NCBI RefSeq assembly: GCF_046119375.1
Contig: NW_027362769.1
Location: 369,210,001-369,274,000 of the forward strand
Direction of reading: 5' to 3'
DNA: 64,000 nt
Source: Phyllobates terribilis
Lineage: Eukaryota
The notes beneath the pieces were generated by a model, which was not told the DNA's origin, did no database searches, and worked only from the letters and a program-made list of their open reading frames with translations. The translations under genes and the position numbers were made by a program. Below are positions 34,726 to 46,047 of the stretch, in pieces; positions within the stretch are counted from its first letter, which is position 1, and each line of letters begins with the position of its first letter.

Positions 34726-37317
34726 AACAAAAAAAGTGAGCAGCTTTACAAACCTTTGAGTAATTTTGTACCGATTTTCAGGTTTTTCACTGTTTTCTCC
34801 TTTGGTACACAGAGCTGTATTCAGAATTCTGCCGGTTGCCCTTGGCAACAGACAACAATTCACCTCCAAGTGCTGTCACTGAGGTATCAGCTTACAGTCA
34901 GTGCTCAGCTATTGGGTCACACATGGCAGATCTGGTGCAGACAGCTCAGCTAAAAATCTCTTCCGTACTTGTGAATGGGGTCAGTATTGCAGCAAGTGCA
35001 TATATTTCTGCAAACAGCATATAAGTGAATGGGGCAGATGAAAAGGTCTGTACCCGATCTGTGTTGAAGTATCATTGCCATGTAGCATCTCCGCTATGGA
35101 GCTCCCGCCCCGATATAAGTGCCATTTACCACTGCAGATATCTTTGCAAAGAAACTTTGTTTTTTAGTAAATTGAGTCCAATTTACTTGCTTTTTGCCTC
35201 TTCGCAGAGACTGGCGCTGGCTCGGATCGCTGCAGGTTTCACCCTTTAGATGCTGCGGTCCATCTCTGACAACAGCATTTAAATGGTTTGGCTGTGGGAG
35301 CAACAAAATCAACAGGGTACTAATGGGCTACAATAACAGCCAGGTGACTAGTGAAAGCCACCATCGACAGTCATCTTTGATCTCCTCGTAAAGCCCGGCC
35401 TGCGGATGGCTAAATTCATTATATACTGTCGACACCGCCATCTTTGATCTCCTCGTAAAGCCCGGCCTGCGTATGGCTAAATTCACTATATACTGTAGAC
35501 ACCGCCATCTTTGATCTCGTAAAGCCCAGGCTGCGGATGGTTAAATTCACTATATACTGTCGACACCGCCATCTTTGATCTCCTCGTAAAACCCAGCCTG
35601 CGGATGGTTAAATTCACTATATACTGTCGACACCGCCATCTTTGATCTCCTCGTAAAGCCCGGCCTGCGGGTGGCTAAATTCACTATATACTGTCGACAC
35701 CGCCATCTTTGATCTCCTCGTAAAGCCCGGCCTGCGGGTGGCTAAATTCACTATATACTGTCGACACCGCCATCTTTGATCTCCTCGTAAAGCCCGGCCT
35801 GCGGATGGTTAAATTCACTATATACTGTCGACACCGCCATCTTTGATCTCCTCGTAAAGCCCAGGCTGCAGATGGTTAAATTCACTATACACTGTCGACA
35901 CCGCCATCTTTGATCTCCTCGTAAAGCCCAGCCTGCGGATGGTTAAATTCACTATATACTGTCGACACCGCCATCTTTGATCTCCTCGTAAAGCCCGGCC
36001 TGCGGATGGTTAAATTCACTATATACTGTCGACACCGCCATCTTTGATCTCCTCGTAAAGCCCAGGCTGCGGATGGTTAAATTCACTATACACTGTCGAC
36101 ACCGCCATCTTTGATCTCCTCGTAAAGCCCAGGCTGCGGATGGTTAAATTCACTATATACTGTCGACACCGCCATCTTTGATCTCCTCGTAAAGCCCAGG
36201 CTGCGGATGGTTAAATTCACTATACACTGTCGACACCGCCATCTTTGATCTCCTCGTAAAGCCCGGCCTGCGGATGGTTAAATTCACTATACACTGTCGA
36301 CACCGCCATCTTTGATCTCCTCGTAAAGCCCAGGCTGCGGATGGTTAAATTCACTATACACTGTCGACACCGCCATCTTTGATCTCCTCGTAAAGCCCAG
36401 GCTGCGGATGGTTAAAATCACTATATCAAAAGATCGGGGGCTCAAGTCCCTTAGGGATAGATAGATAGACACCTCAAAATTGTATCAATAAGAAGTACAG
36501 CTTATTATAGTAAGAAAACAGTCCCTCAAAAAGAAAAACTAAAAAGTTACAGGTCTCAAAATGGCGGTACAAATGTAATTTTTAGCCATTTTTTTGGAAA
36601 GTTTTATAATTTGTTATAAGCAACTATAACAATATGTTTGGGGTCGCTATCATCAGTACTGACCAGAATGATACCAGGTCGTTTTTTTTTTTTTTTACAA
36701 CACAATAAGTGTCAAAACCCCCCAAAATAATGGAGGAATTGCATTTGTTTTCACCTCACTTGGAAGCGTTTTCCGCGTGTTTCAGTACAGTACACGGTAT
36801 TGTAAATGGTGTCATTAAAAAGTACAACTCCCCCCCCCCCCCCCCAAAAAAAAAAAAAAAAACGGCTCGTACGGCCCTGTGGACAGATTTTTTTTTTTTT
36901 TTTTAAAAAGGGCCATTGACAAATATCGGCTCCTACAAGAAGAGGTGACAGAAATAGTCAGGTATTTTTATGTAACTGACACGTTTCTTAACAATACACG
37001 GATTAATGGCTGCCAGACTCTAGTGTTACTGGTATCTGTCATTAGGTGGCACTTCTCCATGGTGGAGCAGACTGAGAGCCCTCTAATGACAGATGTAATT
37101 GTGAGGCAGGGAGCCCGCCTTCCTCAATGTCACTGACTGATTTAGCCGCTTACAGCGCACAAAACCGCGGGTATGGAGGCGCTGAGGTAATCTTGGCGCC
37201 AGCAGAGCGGGCCGCGAGCGCTCGGGAAGTGGCGGTTGATTTGGGCGGGAAACAAACACACGCACCTGACAGAAGCCGGGCGGGAGCCGCGCTCCTCAGC
37301 ACAGCCAGCGCCGCCAT
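29453..37317 (-). CDS. ECI1: Enoyl-CoA delta isomerase 1, mitochondrial; 7 exons, about 298 aa
   Basis: Exons (-) 37317-37266, 34511-34407, 33187-33060, [gap]31795-31662, 31318-31197, 30344-30166 and 29616-29453. Crotonase motifs NPPVNSL, FSAGLD, GSSPAGGC and catalytic GLNETQLG; Arg-containing targeting peptide MAALAVLRSAAPARLLS. Confidence 0.97.
30029..30064. repeat. (TAC)12 microsatellite in ECI1 intron 6
   Basis: Perfect trinucleotide run. Confidence 0.95.
30166..30344 (-). CDS. ECI1: ECI1 exon 6
   Basis: FKDTMVNTVGNRVTEQSLQLG...QWFAVP; 179 nt. Confidence 0.96.
31197..31318 (-). CDS. ECI1: ECI1 exon 5 (catalytic Glu)
   Basis: GSSPAGGCLMAMCCDYRIMADNPKFAIGLNETQLGIVAPFW; 122 nt. Confidence 0.96.
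31662..31795 (-). CDS. ECI1: ECI1 exon 4 (5' end hidden in N-gap)
   Basis: FSAGLDITEMCGKSAEHYAAFWRAVQEMWLKLYASNMVTIAAIN; donor GTAAGT. Confidence 0.93.
31796..32015. other. Assembly gap (220 N) overlapping the ECI1 exon 4 acceptor
   Basis: Run of N. Confidence 1.
32016..32759. mobile_element. Non-autonomous TTAA-type DNA element in ECI1 intron 3 (left end in gap)
   Basis: Ends GAAGGGG followed by TTAA; same family as 20949-22064. Confidence 0.55.
33060..33187 (-). CDS. ECI1: ECI1 exon 3
   Basis: GVAVMKLKNPPVNSLSLDVLTEFSISLEKLEIDRGCRGVILTS; 128 nt. Confidence 0.96.
34407..34511 (-). CDS. ECI1: ECI1 exon 2
   Basis: SFCIHKGGLASWQYYQSRRPFSNEKVLVELDEST; ttacag acceptor, GTATGG donor; 105 nt. 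Confidence 0.9.
35364..36426. repeat. 67-bp CpG-rich minisatellite, 16 units, in ECI1 intron 1
   Basis: Unit ACTGTCGACACCGCCATCTTTGATCTCCTCGTAAAGCCCGGCCTGCGGATGGTTAAATTCACTATAT; period measured from 35641 to 35708. Confidence 0.96.
37266..37317 (-). CDS. ECI1: ECI1 coding exon 1
   Basis: AAG ATG GCG GCG... 52 nt; donor G|GTGCGT; GC-rich context. Confidence 0.88.
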
Positions 37318-37849
37318 CTTGTGTGACCTTTTCCCCAGGCGGCAGCCCTCTGTATATTCACCTAATGCTGGGTAGTGTAAGCAAATCTGCTTTTAAAACG
37401 ATGAGGGTGACACCTGGTGGAAGCAGAAGGGCTCACACATTATTAAAATAAAAATTTTAAGAAAATAAAATGTTTTTTTTTAGACTTTTCCTTGACTGAT
37501 TGTAGACTTTATTAACCCTGCCATATTCTGACAATGAGGGATGTTGTTCCAGATCACTCCCCCCACCAATATCTGATCCATAATGGTGGCGTTCAGCTTC
37601 ATGTAAGCCCTGAAAATTGACAGGCATGCATGCTTTCTTGTAATTTTTCGAGCTCCCATAGAAATAAATGGAAAGAAAAAGCCTGTGGTCTTATCTCTCA
37701 AGCTGCTTTGCTAGCGATTTTGCTGTCACTTTTTGCAATGGCTCCGTTGTCGGGGTCTTTCAGTCATAAAGAGCTGGTGGTTTCCAAATGAAGCCTCATG
37801 AAGAATGAATATTTTACTTTTAACTGCTCCACGGTTTCCAAACCGTTAG

Positions 37850-38044
37850 GGCCACGTGCACACGCTGAGTATTTAGTCAGTATTTTACATCAGTATTTGT
37901 AAGCCAAAACCAGGAGTGTGTGATGAATACAGAAGTGGTGACGTGTTTCTATTATACTTTTCCTCTGATTGTTCCTCACCTGATTTTGGGTTACAAATAC
38001 TGAGCTAAAATAATTGATCAAATACTCAACGTGTGCACATGGCC
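37850..38044. mobile_element. Harbinger-like MITE
   Basis: TIR ggccacgtgcacacgctgagtattt / aaatactcaacgtgtgcacatggcc; TTA and TAA flanks. Confidence 0.75.
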
Positions 38045-39089
38045 TAAAATAAGCAATAAAATACTGAACATGTGGCACAGCAATGTCATTTCTACATTGC
38101 TGTGCATTATTTCCCTTTTTTTTGCGGTGGTTTACTGCGCTTTTTCAAGCGGATTCCAGAATAAGACGTTGTGTGCACTTTGACAATGTGCTCACTGAGT
38201 TTTTCGAGGAGTTTTTGGTGAAGAAGCTGAGCGGAAACTCCAAAGCTGAAATATCTTCAAAAACTTGTGCAATTCTGCCCCGAAAAACTCATCAAAAAGA
38301 CTCCTTGTGGTCATAGCTTTTGGGAGTTCTCGGAATTTTTTCCTGCATTTTTTTTTATTGCAGCCTTTTCTATTGAACATTGCCTAGTTTGGAGCAGAAT
38401 ACATCACTATCCGCTTCTTTTACCCACTAGGAGTTTTTCAAAACTTTTTCAGGAAAAAAACCTAAAAAAAAAAACCCTTTCATATGAACAAGCTGGAAAT
38501 GAATAGGAAAAGTTTTCCAAGTGTTCATGTAACTGGAAACCATAATGCAAATAGATCATTATGTCCCAACTGGGGTGGCAAGACACTGCCGTTAAAAATG
38601 GTGGCGGGAGCGCAATGGCGCTAGGTAAGAAGCCACGTATCTTTAAGACGCAGATACAATTGAATAAAGCAGCGGTGCTGCAGGAAGCCATATTCGACCC
38701 CCTGTGTTGGGCTGTCAAGGTATCTGGCGGCACAATGATGTGGTTGTGCCGCCATTGATTTCAGCAGTAGAACGTGCAGAACGCGCCGTGCCGCAGCGTC
38801 CAGTGTCAGGCGCATGGGGTTTTCTTCCTCCACAGTATCTCTTAGGTTTGTATTTTGGGGACTCAGTGTATTTTTTTCTCCTTCATGTTCGGAGGGCACA
38901 ATGGATATTTTTATATATTTATGGCTGTCGCCAAAATTTTTGAGACTGAGACGTTTGGTTTGCACGCAGTTTGCTGCTTCAGTGTTTTTCGATCTTTTAG
39001 TTGGATGTTTCCAAATGTGTTGGATTCTCTATAGCCCGTCACACACTACTTGCTTGCCATAGACTTCACGCGACTTATCCGAGATGTAG

Positions 39090-40059
39090 CTATTTTCTAA
39101 AACTTAACATGGATAAAACTGAATTCATCATCTTTCCACCATCTCACTCAACACCCCCATCTGACCTATCCATCAAAGTTAACGGCTGCCCCCTCTCCCC
39201 GATCCCACAAGCTCGCTGCCTTGGGGTAACCCTGGACTCTGAACTCTCCTTCAAACCACATATCCAAGCTCTTTCCACTTCCTGCCGACTCCAACTCAAA
39301 AATATCTCACGGATCCGCACATTCCTCAACCACGAATCTGCAAAAACACAAGTGCACGCCCTCATCATCTCCATCCTCAACTACTGCAACCTCCTGCTCT
39401 GTGGCCTCCCATATAACACTCTCGCCCCCCTCCAGTCTAGCCTAATCTCTGCTGCCCAACTAATCCAGCTGTCCCCCCGCTATTCCCCGGCCTCTCCTCT
39501 CTGTCAATCTCTTCACTGGCTCCCCATTGCCCAGAGACTCCAGTTCAAAACCCTAACCTTGGCATACAAAGCCATCCACAACCTGTCTCCTCCATATATC
39601 TGTGACCTAGTCTCCTGGTACATACCTGCACGCAACCTCAGATCCTCACAAGATCTCCTTCTCTGCCCCCCTCTTATTTCCTCTTCCTACAATCGCATAC
39701 AAGATTTCTCCCATGTATCCCCCCTACTCTGGAACTCTCTACCCCAACATATCAGACTCTCGCCGACTATGGAAACCTTCAGAAGGAACATGAAGACCGA
39801 GCTCTTCCGACAAGCCTATAACCTGCAGTAACCCTCGCTCCACCTTCCGCTGCACGGCCAGCTCTATCCTCATCTACTGTATCCTCACCCATCCCTCGTA
39901 GATTGTGAGCCCTCGCGGGCAGGGTCTTCTCTCCTCCTGTACCAGTCACTGACTCGTTCTATTAAGATTATTGTAATTGTTCTTGTATGTATACCCCCTT
40001 ATTCACATGTAAAGCGCCATGGAATAAATGGTGCTATAATAATAAATAATAATAATAAT
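39090..40059 (+). mobile_element. 5'-truncated L2-clade LINE (RT C-terminus, 3' UTR and (AAT)n tail)
   Basis: LKLNMDKTEFIIF, RCLGVTLDSELSF, HWLPIAQRLQFK and PLLWNSLP; tail ataataataat. Confidence 0.92.
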
Positions 40060-40414
40060 TTTATGGCACTTGGTCGCTCATTGGTGAACTCTTATTCTGA
40101 GACTCTCACAGCAGAACAGAAAAACTAGGTGGATTCTTGCAGAGCGATTGTTGTGACCCTGGAAGACATTTAAGTGGAGCAGGTTACGGCAATTAATATT
40201 TTGAAGTTTCGCACCGTACTCCGACCCAGGTGAAGAACTTCTCAGAAACGAAAGCAATTTTATGATTTTCAAGCGTCTTGTAACACTCCATGTGATCGTC
40301 CACGCTCACTTCCGCTAAGGAGGTAAGCGGCATCGATGAAGTCTCGCGTACACATGCCTGCCGAAACGTGTGAAGGATCGTCAGATATCACGCAACCACC
40401 CTTATGGTTAGAAT

Positions 40415-40646
40415 TAGAGATGAGCGAACCTGAACTGTAAAGTTTAGGACTCGTACAGGACACCTCGTGTGATGCTGAACTCCGAACATGGACTTCTCCT
40501 GAAAGTCCAATTTACAGTTCGGGGAGGAGAGATTTTCCAGCTCCAAAGTTTGGGTCCCCACTGATTTCTATGGGGTTCGAGTAACAAACCGAATTTTGGA
40601 CTAAAGTTCAGTCGAATCCGAACTTCCACGGTTCCGCTCATCCCTA
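40415..40646. mobile_element. hAT MITE
   Basis: TAGAGATGAGCGAAC...GTTCCGCTCATCCCTA; 8-bp TSD GTTAGAAT/CTTAGAAT. Confidence 0.8.
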
Positions 40647-40686
40647 CTTAGAATGTAATGATTGTGCAGGCATCCCAGAAAATATA

Positions 40687-42238
40687 CACTGCTCAAAAAA
40701 AATAAAGGGAACACTTAAACAGCAGAATATAACTCCAAGTAAATTAAACTTCTGTGAAATCAAACTGTCCACTTAGGAAGCAACACTGACTGACAATCAA
40801 TTTCACATGCTGTTGTGCAAAATGGAATAGACAATAGATGGAAATTATTGGCAATTATAAAGACACCCTCAATAAACGAGTGGTTCTGCAGGTGGGGACC
40901 ACAGACCACATCTCAGTACCAATGCTTTCTGGCTGATGTTTTGGTCACTTTTGAATGTTGGTTGTGTTTTCACACTCGTGGCAGCATGAGACGGACTCTA
41001 CAACCCACAGAAGTTGCTCAGGTAGTGCAGCTCATCCAGGATGGCACATCAATGCGAGCTGTGGCAAGGTTTGCTGTGTCTGTCAGCGTAGTGTCCACAG
41101 GCTGGAGGCGCTACCAGGAGACAGGCCAGTACACCAGGAGACGTGGAGGGGGCTGTAGGAGGGCAACAACCCAGCAGCAGGAAAGCTACCTCCACCTTTG
41201 TGCAAGGAGGAACACTGCCAGAGCCCTGCAAAATAACCTCCAGCAGGCCACAAATGTCAGTTAGAGACCGACTCCATGAGGGAGGTATGAGTGCCCGACG
41301 ACCACAGATGGGGGTTGTGCTCACAGCCCAACACCGTGCAGAACGCTTGGCATTTGCCACAGAACACCAGGATTGGCAAAGTCGCCACTGGCGCCCTGTG
41401 CTCTTCACAGATGAAAGCAGGTTCACACTGAGCAAATGTGACAGACGTGACAGAGTCTGGAGACGCCGTGGAGAGCGATCTGCTGCCTGCAACATCCTTC
41501 AGTATGACCGGTTTGGCAGTGGGTCAGTAATGGTGTGGGGTGGCATTTCTTTGGAGGGCCGCACAGCCCTCCATGTGCTCGCCAGAGGTAGCCTGACTGC
41601 CATTAGGTACCGAGATGAGATCCTCAGACCCCTTGTGAGACCATATGCTGGTGCGGTTGGCCCTGGGTTCCTCCTAATGCAGGACAATGCCAGACCTCAT
41701 GTGGCTGGAGTGTGTCAGCAGTTCCTGCAAGATGATGGCATTGAAGCTATGGACTGGCCGCCCGTTCCCCAGACCCGAATCTGATTGAGCACATCTGGGA
41801 CATCATGTCTCGCTCCATCCACCAACGTCACGTTGCACCACAGGCTGTCCAGGAGTTGGCGGACGCTTTAGTCCAGGTCTGGGAGGAGATCTCACAGGAG
41901 ACCATCCGCAACCTCATCAGGAGCATGCCCAGGCGTTGTAGGGAGGTCATACAGGCACGTGGAGGCCACACACAATACTGAGCCTCATTTTGACTTGTTT
42001 TAAGGACATTACATCAAAGTTGGATCAGCCTGTAGTGTGTTTTTCCACTTTAATTTTGGGGGTGACTCCAAATCCAGGCCTCCATTGGTTAATACATTTG
42101 ATTTCCATTGATGATTTTTGTGTGATTTTGTTGTCAGCACATTCAACTCTGTACAGAACAAAGTATTCAATGAGAATATTTCATTCATTCAGATCTAGGC
42201 TGTGTTATCTGAGTGTTCCCTTTATTTTTTGAGCAGTG
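40687..42238 (+). mobile_element. Tc1 DD34E transposon, near full-length, transposase frameshifted
   Basis: TIR CACTGCTCAAAAAA(A)ATAAAGGGAACACT at both ends, TA flanks. Transposase remnants VLFTDESRF, MQDNARPH and, after a 1-bp frameshift, SPDPNLIEHIWD; D-to-E spacing 34. Confidence 0.93.
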
Positions 42239-42248
42239 TATGTGTATA

Positions 42249-42304
<56 letters not shown>
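42239..42304. repeat. (TA)n microsatellite between the two Tc1 elements
   Basis: TA run; a second TA run follows the second element at about 43929-43967. Confidence 0.9.
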
Positions 42305-42309
<5 letters not shown>

Positions 42310-43919
42310 AGACCAAAAGTTTGGACACACCTTCTCATTTAAAGATTTTTCTGTATTTTCATGACTATGAAAATTGTACATTCAGACTGAAGGCATCAAA
42401 ACTATGAATTAACACATGTGGAATTATATACTTAACAAAAAAGTGTGAAACAACTGAAAATATGTCTTATATTCTAGGTTCTTCAAAGTAGCCACCTTTT
42501 GCTTTGCACACTCTTGGCATTCTCTTGATGAGCTTCAAGAGGTAGTCACCGGAAATGGTTTTCACTTCACAGGTGTGCCCTGTCAGGTTTAATAAGTGGG
42601 ATTTCTTGCCTTATAAATGGGGTTGGGACCATCAGTTGTGTTGTGCAGAAGTCAGGTGGATACACAGCTGATAGTCCTACTGAATAGACTGTTAGAATTA
42701 ATATTATGGCAAGAAAAAAGCAGCTAAGTAAAGAAAAACGAATGGCCATCATTACTTTAAGAAATGAAGGTCAGTCATTCCAAAAAATTGGGCAAACTTT
42801 GAAAGTGTCCCCAAGTGCAGTTGCAAAAACCATCAAGCGCTACAAAGAAACTGGCTCACAAGAGGACCGCCCCAGGAAAGGAAGACCAAGAGTCACCTCT
42901 GCTTCTGAGGATAAGTTTATCCGAGTCACCAGCCTCAGAAATCTCAGGTTAACAGCGGCTCAGATTAGAGACCAGGTCAATGCCACACAGAGTTCTAGCA
43001 GCAGACACATCTCTACAACAACTGTTAAGAGGAGACTTTGTGCAGCAGGCCTTCATGGTAAAATAGCTGCTAGGAAACCACTGCTAAGGACAGGCAACAA
43101 GCAAAAGAGACTTGTTTGGGCTAAAGAACACAAGGAATGGACATTAGACCAGTGGAAATCTGTGCTTTGGTCTGATGAGTCCAAATTTGAGATCTTTGGT
43201 TCCAACCACCGTGTCTTTGTGCGACGCAGAAAAGGTGAACGGATGGACTCTACATGCCTGGTTCCCACCGTGAAGCATGGAGGAGGAGGTGTGATGGTGT
43301 GGGGGTGCTTTGCTGGTGACACTGTTGGGGATTTATTCAAAATTGAAGGCATACTGAACCAGCATGGCTACCACAGCATCTTGCAGCGGCATGCTATTCC
43401 ATCCGGTTTGCGTTTAGTTGGTCCATCATTTATTTTTCAACTGGACAATGACCCCAAACACCTCCAGGCTGTGTAAGGGCTATTTGACCAAGAAGGAGAA
43501 TGATGGGGTGCTACGCCAGATGACCTGGCCTCCACAGTCACCAGACCTGAACCCAATCGAGATGGTTTGGGGTGAGCTGGACCGCAGAGTGAAGGCAAAA
43601 GGGCCAACAAGTGCTAAGCATCTCTGGGAACTCCTTCAAGATTGTTGGAAGACCATTTCCGGTGACAACCTCTTGAAGCTCATCAAGAGAATGCCAAGAG
43701 TGTGCAAAGCAGTCATCAAAGCAAAAGGTGGCTACTTTGAAGAACCTAGAATATAAGACATATTTTCAGTTGTTTCACACTTTTTTGTTAAGTATATAAT
43801 TCCACATGTGTTAATTCATAGTTTTGATGCCTTCAGTGTGAATGTACAATTTTCATAGTCAGGAAAATACAGAAAAATCTTTAAATGGGAAGGTGTGTCC
43901 AAACTTTTGGTCTGTGCTG
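42305..43919 (+). mobile_element. Tc1/mariner transposon with ~200-bp TIRs, DD38E (Intruder-like) transposase, one frameshift
   Basis: TIRs at about 42305-42505 and 43717-43919. ORFs 42706-43476 and 43418-43756 join across a 2-bp deletion near 43460. Motifs WSDESKF, DNDPKH and SPDLNPIE. Confidence 0.93.
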
Positions 43920-43923
43920 TAAA

Positions 43924-43970
<47 letters not shown>

Positions 43971-46024
43971 TGTCTGATCGACAAGTCTATCCGTCAAGCC
44001 GAGATGGAAAGGAAGAAGCCAGAAGGAGACGACGAGCAGACTCATTTTTGCTTTCTTTTTTCCCAAGCTACGTTGTGCATTTTCGTAACCGGATTTTAAG
44101 GTCCATAATGCCTACGAGGCCGTTAGATCAGGTTTAGAAATCCACGGTTGTGTCGGGAGTTGCGGCCTGAACCCGGTTGGTGTGAAGGGACAGCCATCAG
44201 GAGCTGTGTGCAGGGATCCGGCTACATTGTGGTTTTCAATACATACAATAAATGTTATATGCAAAAAAAAAAATAAATACATTTTACAAAAAACAAAACC
44301 ATGGACCCTGGATGGCAGAAGGATTTAATACGATTTTCAACTCAGCAGAACAACATTAATGAAAACACGGCCTGCAGGACATAATGTGCTGGAGTCAGTA
44401 ACACATCCGACATCTGATCGGTCTCTGTAGCATTGTAGCCATATCCACTTTCCACAAGTGTAAAGTGATACCATGCATAGTTTATACCTTCCGTCTCCAG
44501 CAATAACCCGACCAGAGGAGCATGCATGGCTTATAAGTCTCCTCACTCTGACATGCCAGGCTTGGCTTGCCACTCTCCACAAGGAGAAAGGTTATCTCTT
44601 ATATATCAGAAGGTAAATTCCATTACTTAAAGAGGTATCCCAATTGGAAGAAGCTATCCCCTATCCATCACCTACCGCTTCTGATGTGTCTGAGCTATTT
44701 TGTGCTGCTCCTCTATTATTCTGCATAGAAATGTATGACTGATCTAACAATTATTAACCCTTGGCCAACACACTTGACACTGTTTAATCAGTGCTCACAA
44801 AAAAAAAAAAGAAAAAAAGGAAATGGCAACACCCAGTTATAAAGTAATAAATTTTGAGGAGGAATAACACAAGAAAAACACAATGCAAGATACTCCAGAA
44901 TTGCTATTACATGTGTAATACATTTATTAACTAATAATTGCATAGAATTACATGAGTACATGCAATTTCATGCATTTGCAAAAATTATACAATTCTTTTT
45001 ATATTAAAGTGGTTTTCTAGTTCTGGAAAGCCTCCTTTCCCCTTGGTTGCAGTTTAAAAAAAAATGTGTTCTTTGCGTATTATTCCCCGGTCCAGTGTTA
45101 AGTCTTTCCCGTTTGTGATTGTCTGCAGTGCTGATGTCAATCAACAGAGCGGCAGTCAATAACCGAGCTGCTGGTGCTGTCACCTCGGGCAAAGCTGCTG
45201 AGCTCAAGTTATTGGCTGCAGACAATGGGAGACTCTTATTTGGACCTGGTGAGGGTGAGTAAAGCTTTTTTTCTTAAACTGCATTTAAGGGACAGAGGTT
45301 TTTCGAAACGTATGTGGGAATTATGATTTTCTCCTTCATCTGAACAGGACTTGCAGAAATCCATGTGCTTGGAACCAAAAGAACGTCATTCGGATGAAAG
45401 AAGATGATATTCTTTAGTTGCAGAAATTTCCAAGTATCTGCTGCTGATGATGATATTTTTAGGGTCGATGTTTAAAAAAAAAAATACTTAGAGATATACA
45501 GTGTTTGCCGTCAGCGATTTTATTCACATATATAGGACATAAAGCCTAATATTATAAGGTGCCGGGATATAGCTGATGCTGCAAAACCGCACAGAAAAGC
45601 GATCAAATATGCAGCGTGAGAAGACCAGAGAGCAAATCTTCCTTCTACCCATGTATTGTACATGTTACAGACATCTTCTGTTGGCAGTCACGTACAACAT
45701 GGAGTAGAGTGCCTGCGGTGTAATAACCGGAGATGCCATATATTATACACTAACAGTGTAGTCGACAGGGACGCACAAGGTCTGAATTACAAGGAGGCAC
45801 CGAACCTAAAAGGAAACACGTAGCATTAGACAAGCCCGTTTCAGATAATCCTTCATCTACAGAACAGGAAGAATTCCTGAATCATGGCGGCTGCGCAGAT
45901 AAATTCGACAGGTGACAAAACTGAGAAAGGTCTTTCTTGTCCACCCAGTATCACACGGGACACGTTCCAGATGTAACGACGCCACAATACGAGGCCTTTG
46001 TCTCCACGGAGAATCCAAACTATG

Positions 46025-46047
46025 TTAGTTTCCCATCGATCTCTTTC
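46025..46047 (-). CDS. DNAJA3: DNAJA3 exon 12 coding part (Tid-1S C-terminus)
   Basis: ttgcag|GA AAG AGA TCG ATG GGA AAC TAA = GKRSMGN*, matching the mammalian KRSTGN end. Confidence 0.9.

Noticed and set aside
37324-37330. TGACCTT nuclear-receptor (ERR/PPAR) half-site beside the ECI1 ATG
   Set aside because: A single 7-mer only 7 nt from the start codon, expected by chance, with no second half-site.
39001-39831. 276-aa ORF as a host gene
   Set aside because: It is the RT C-terminus of a 5'-truncated L2 element; the first ~30 codons are unrelated flanking DNA.
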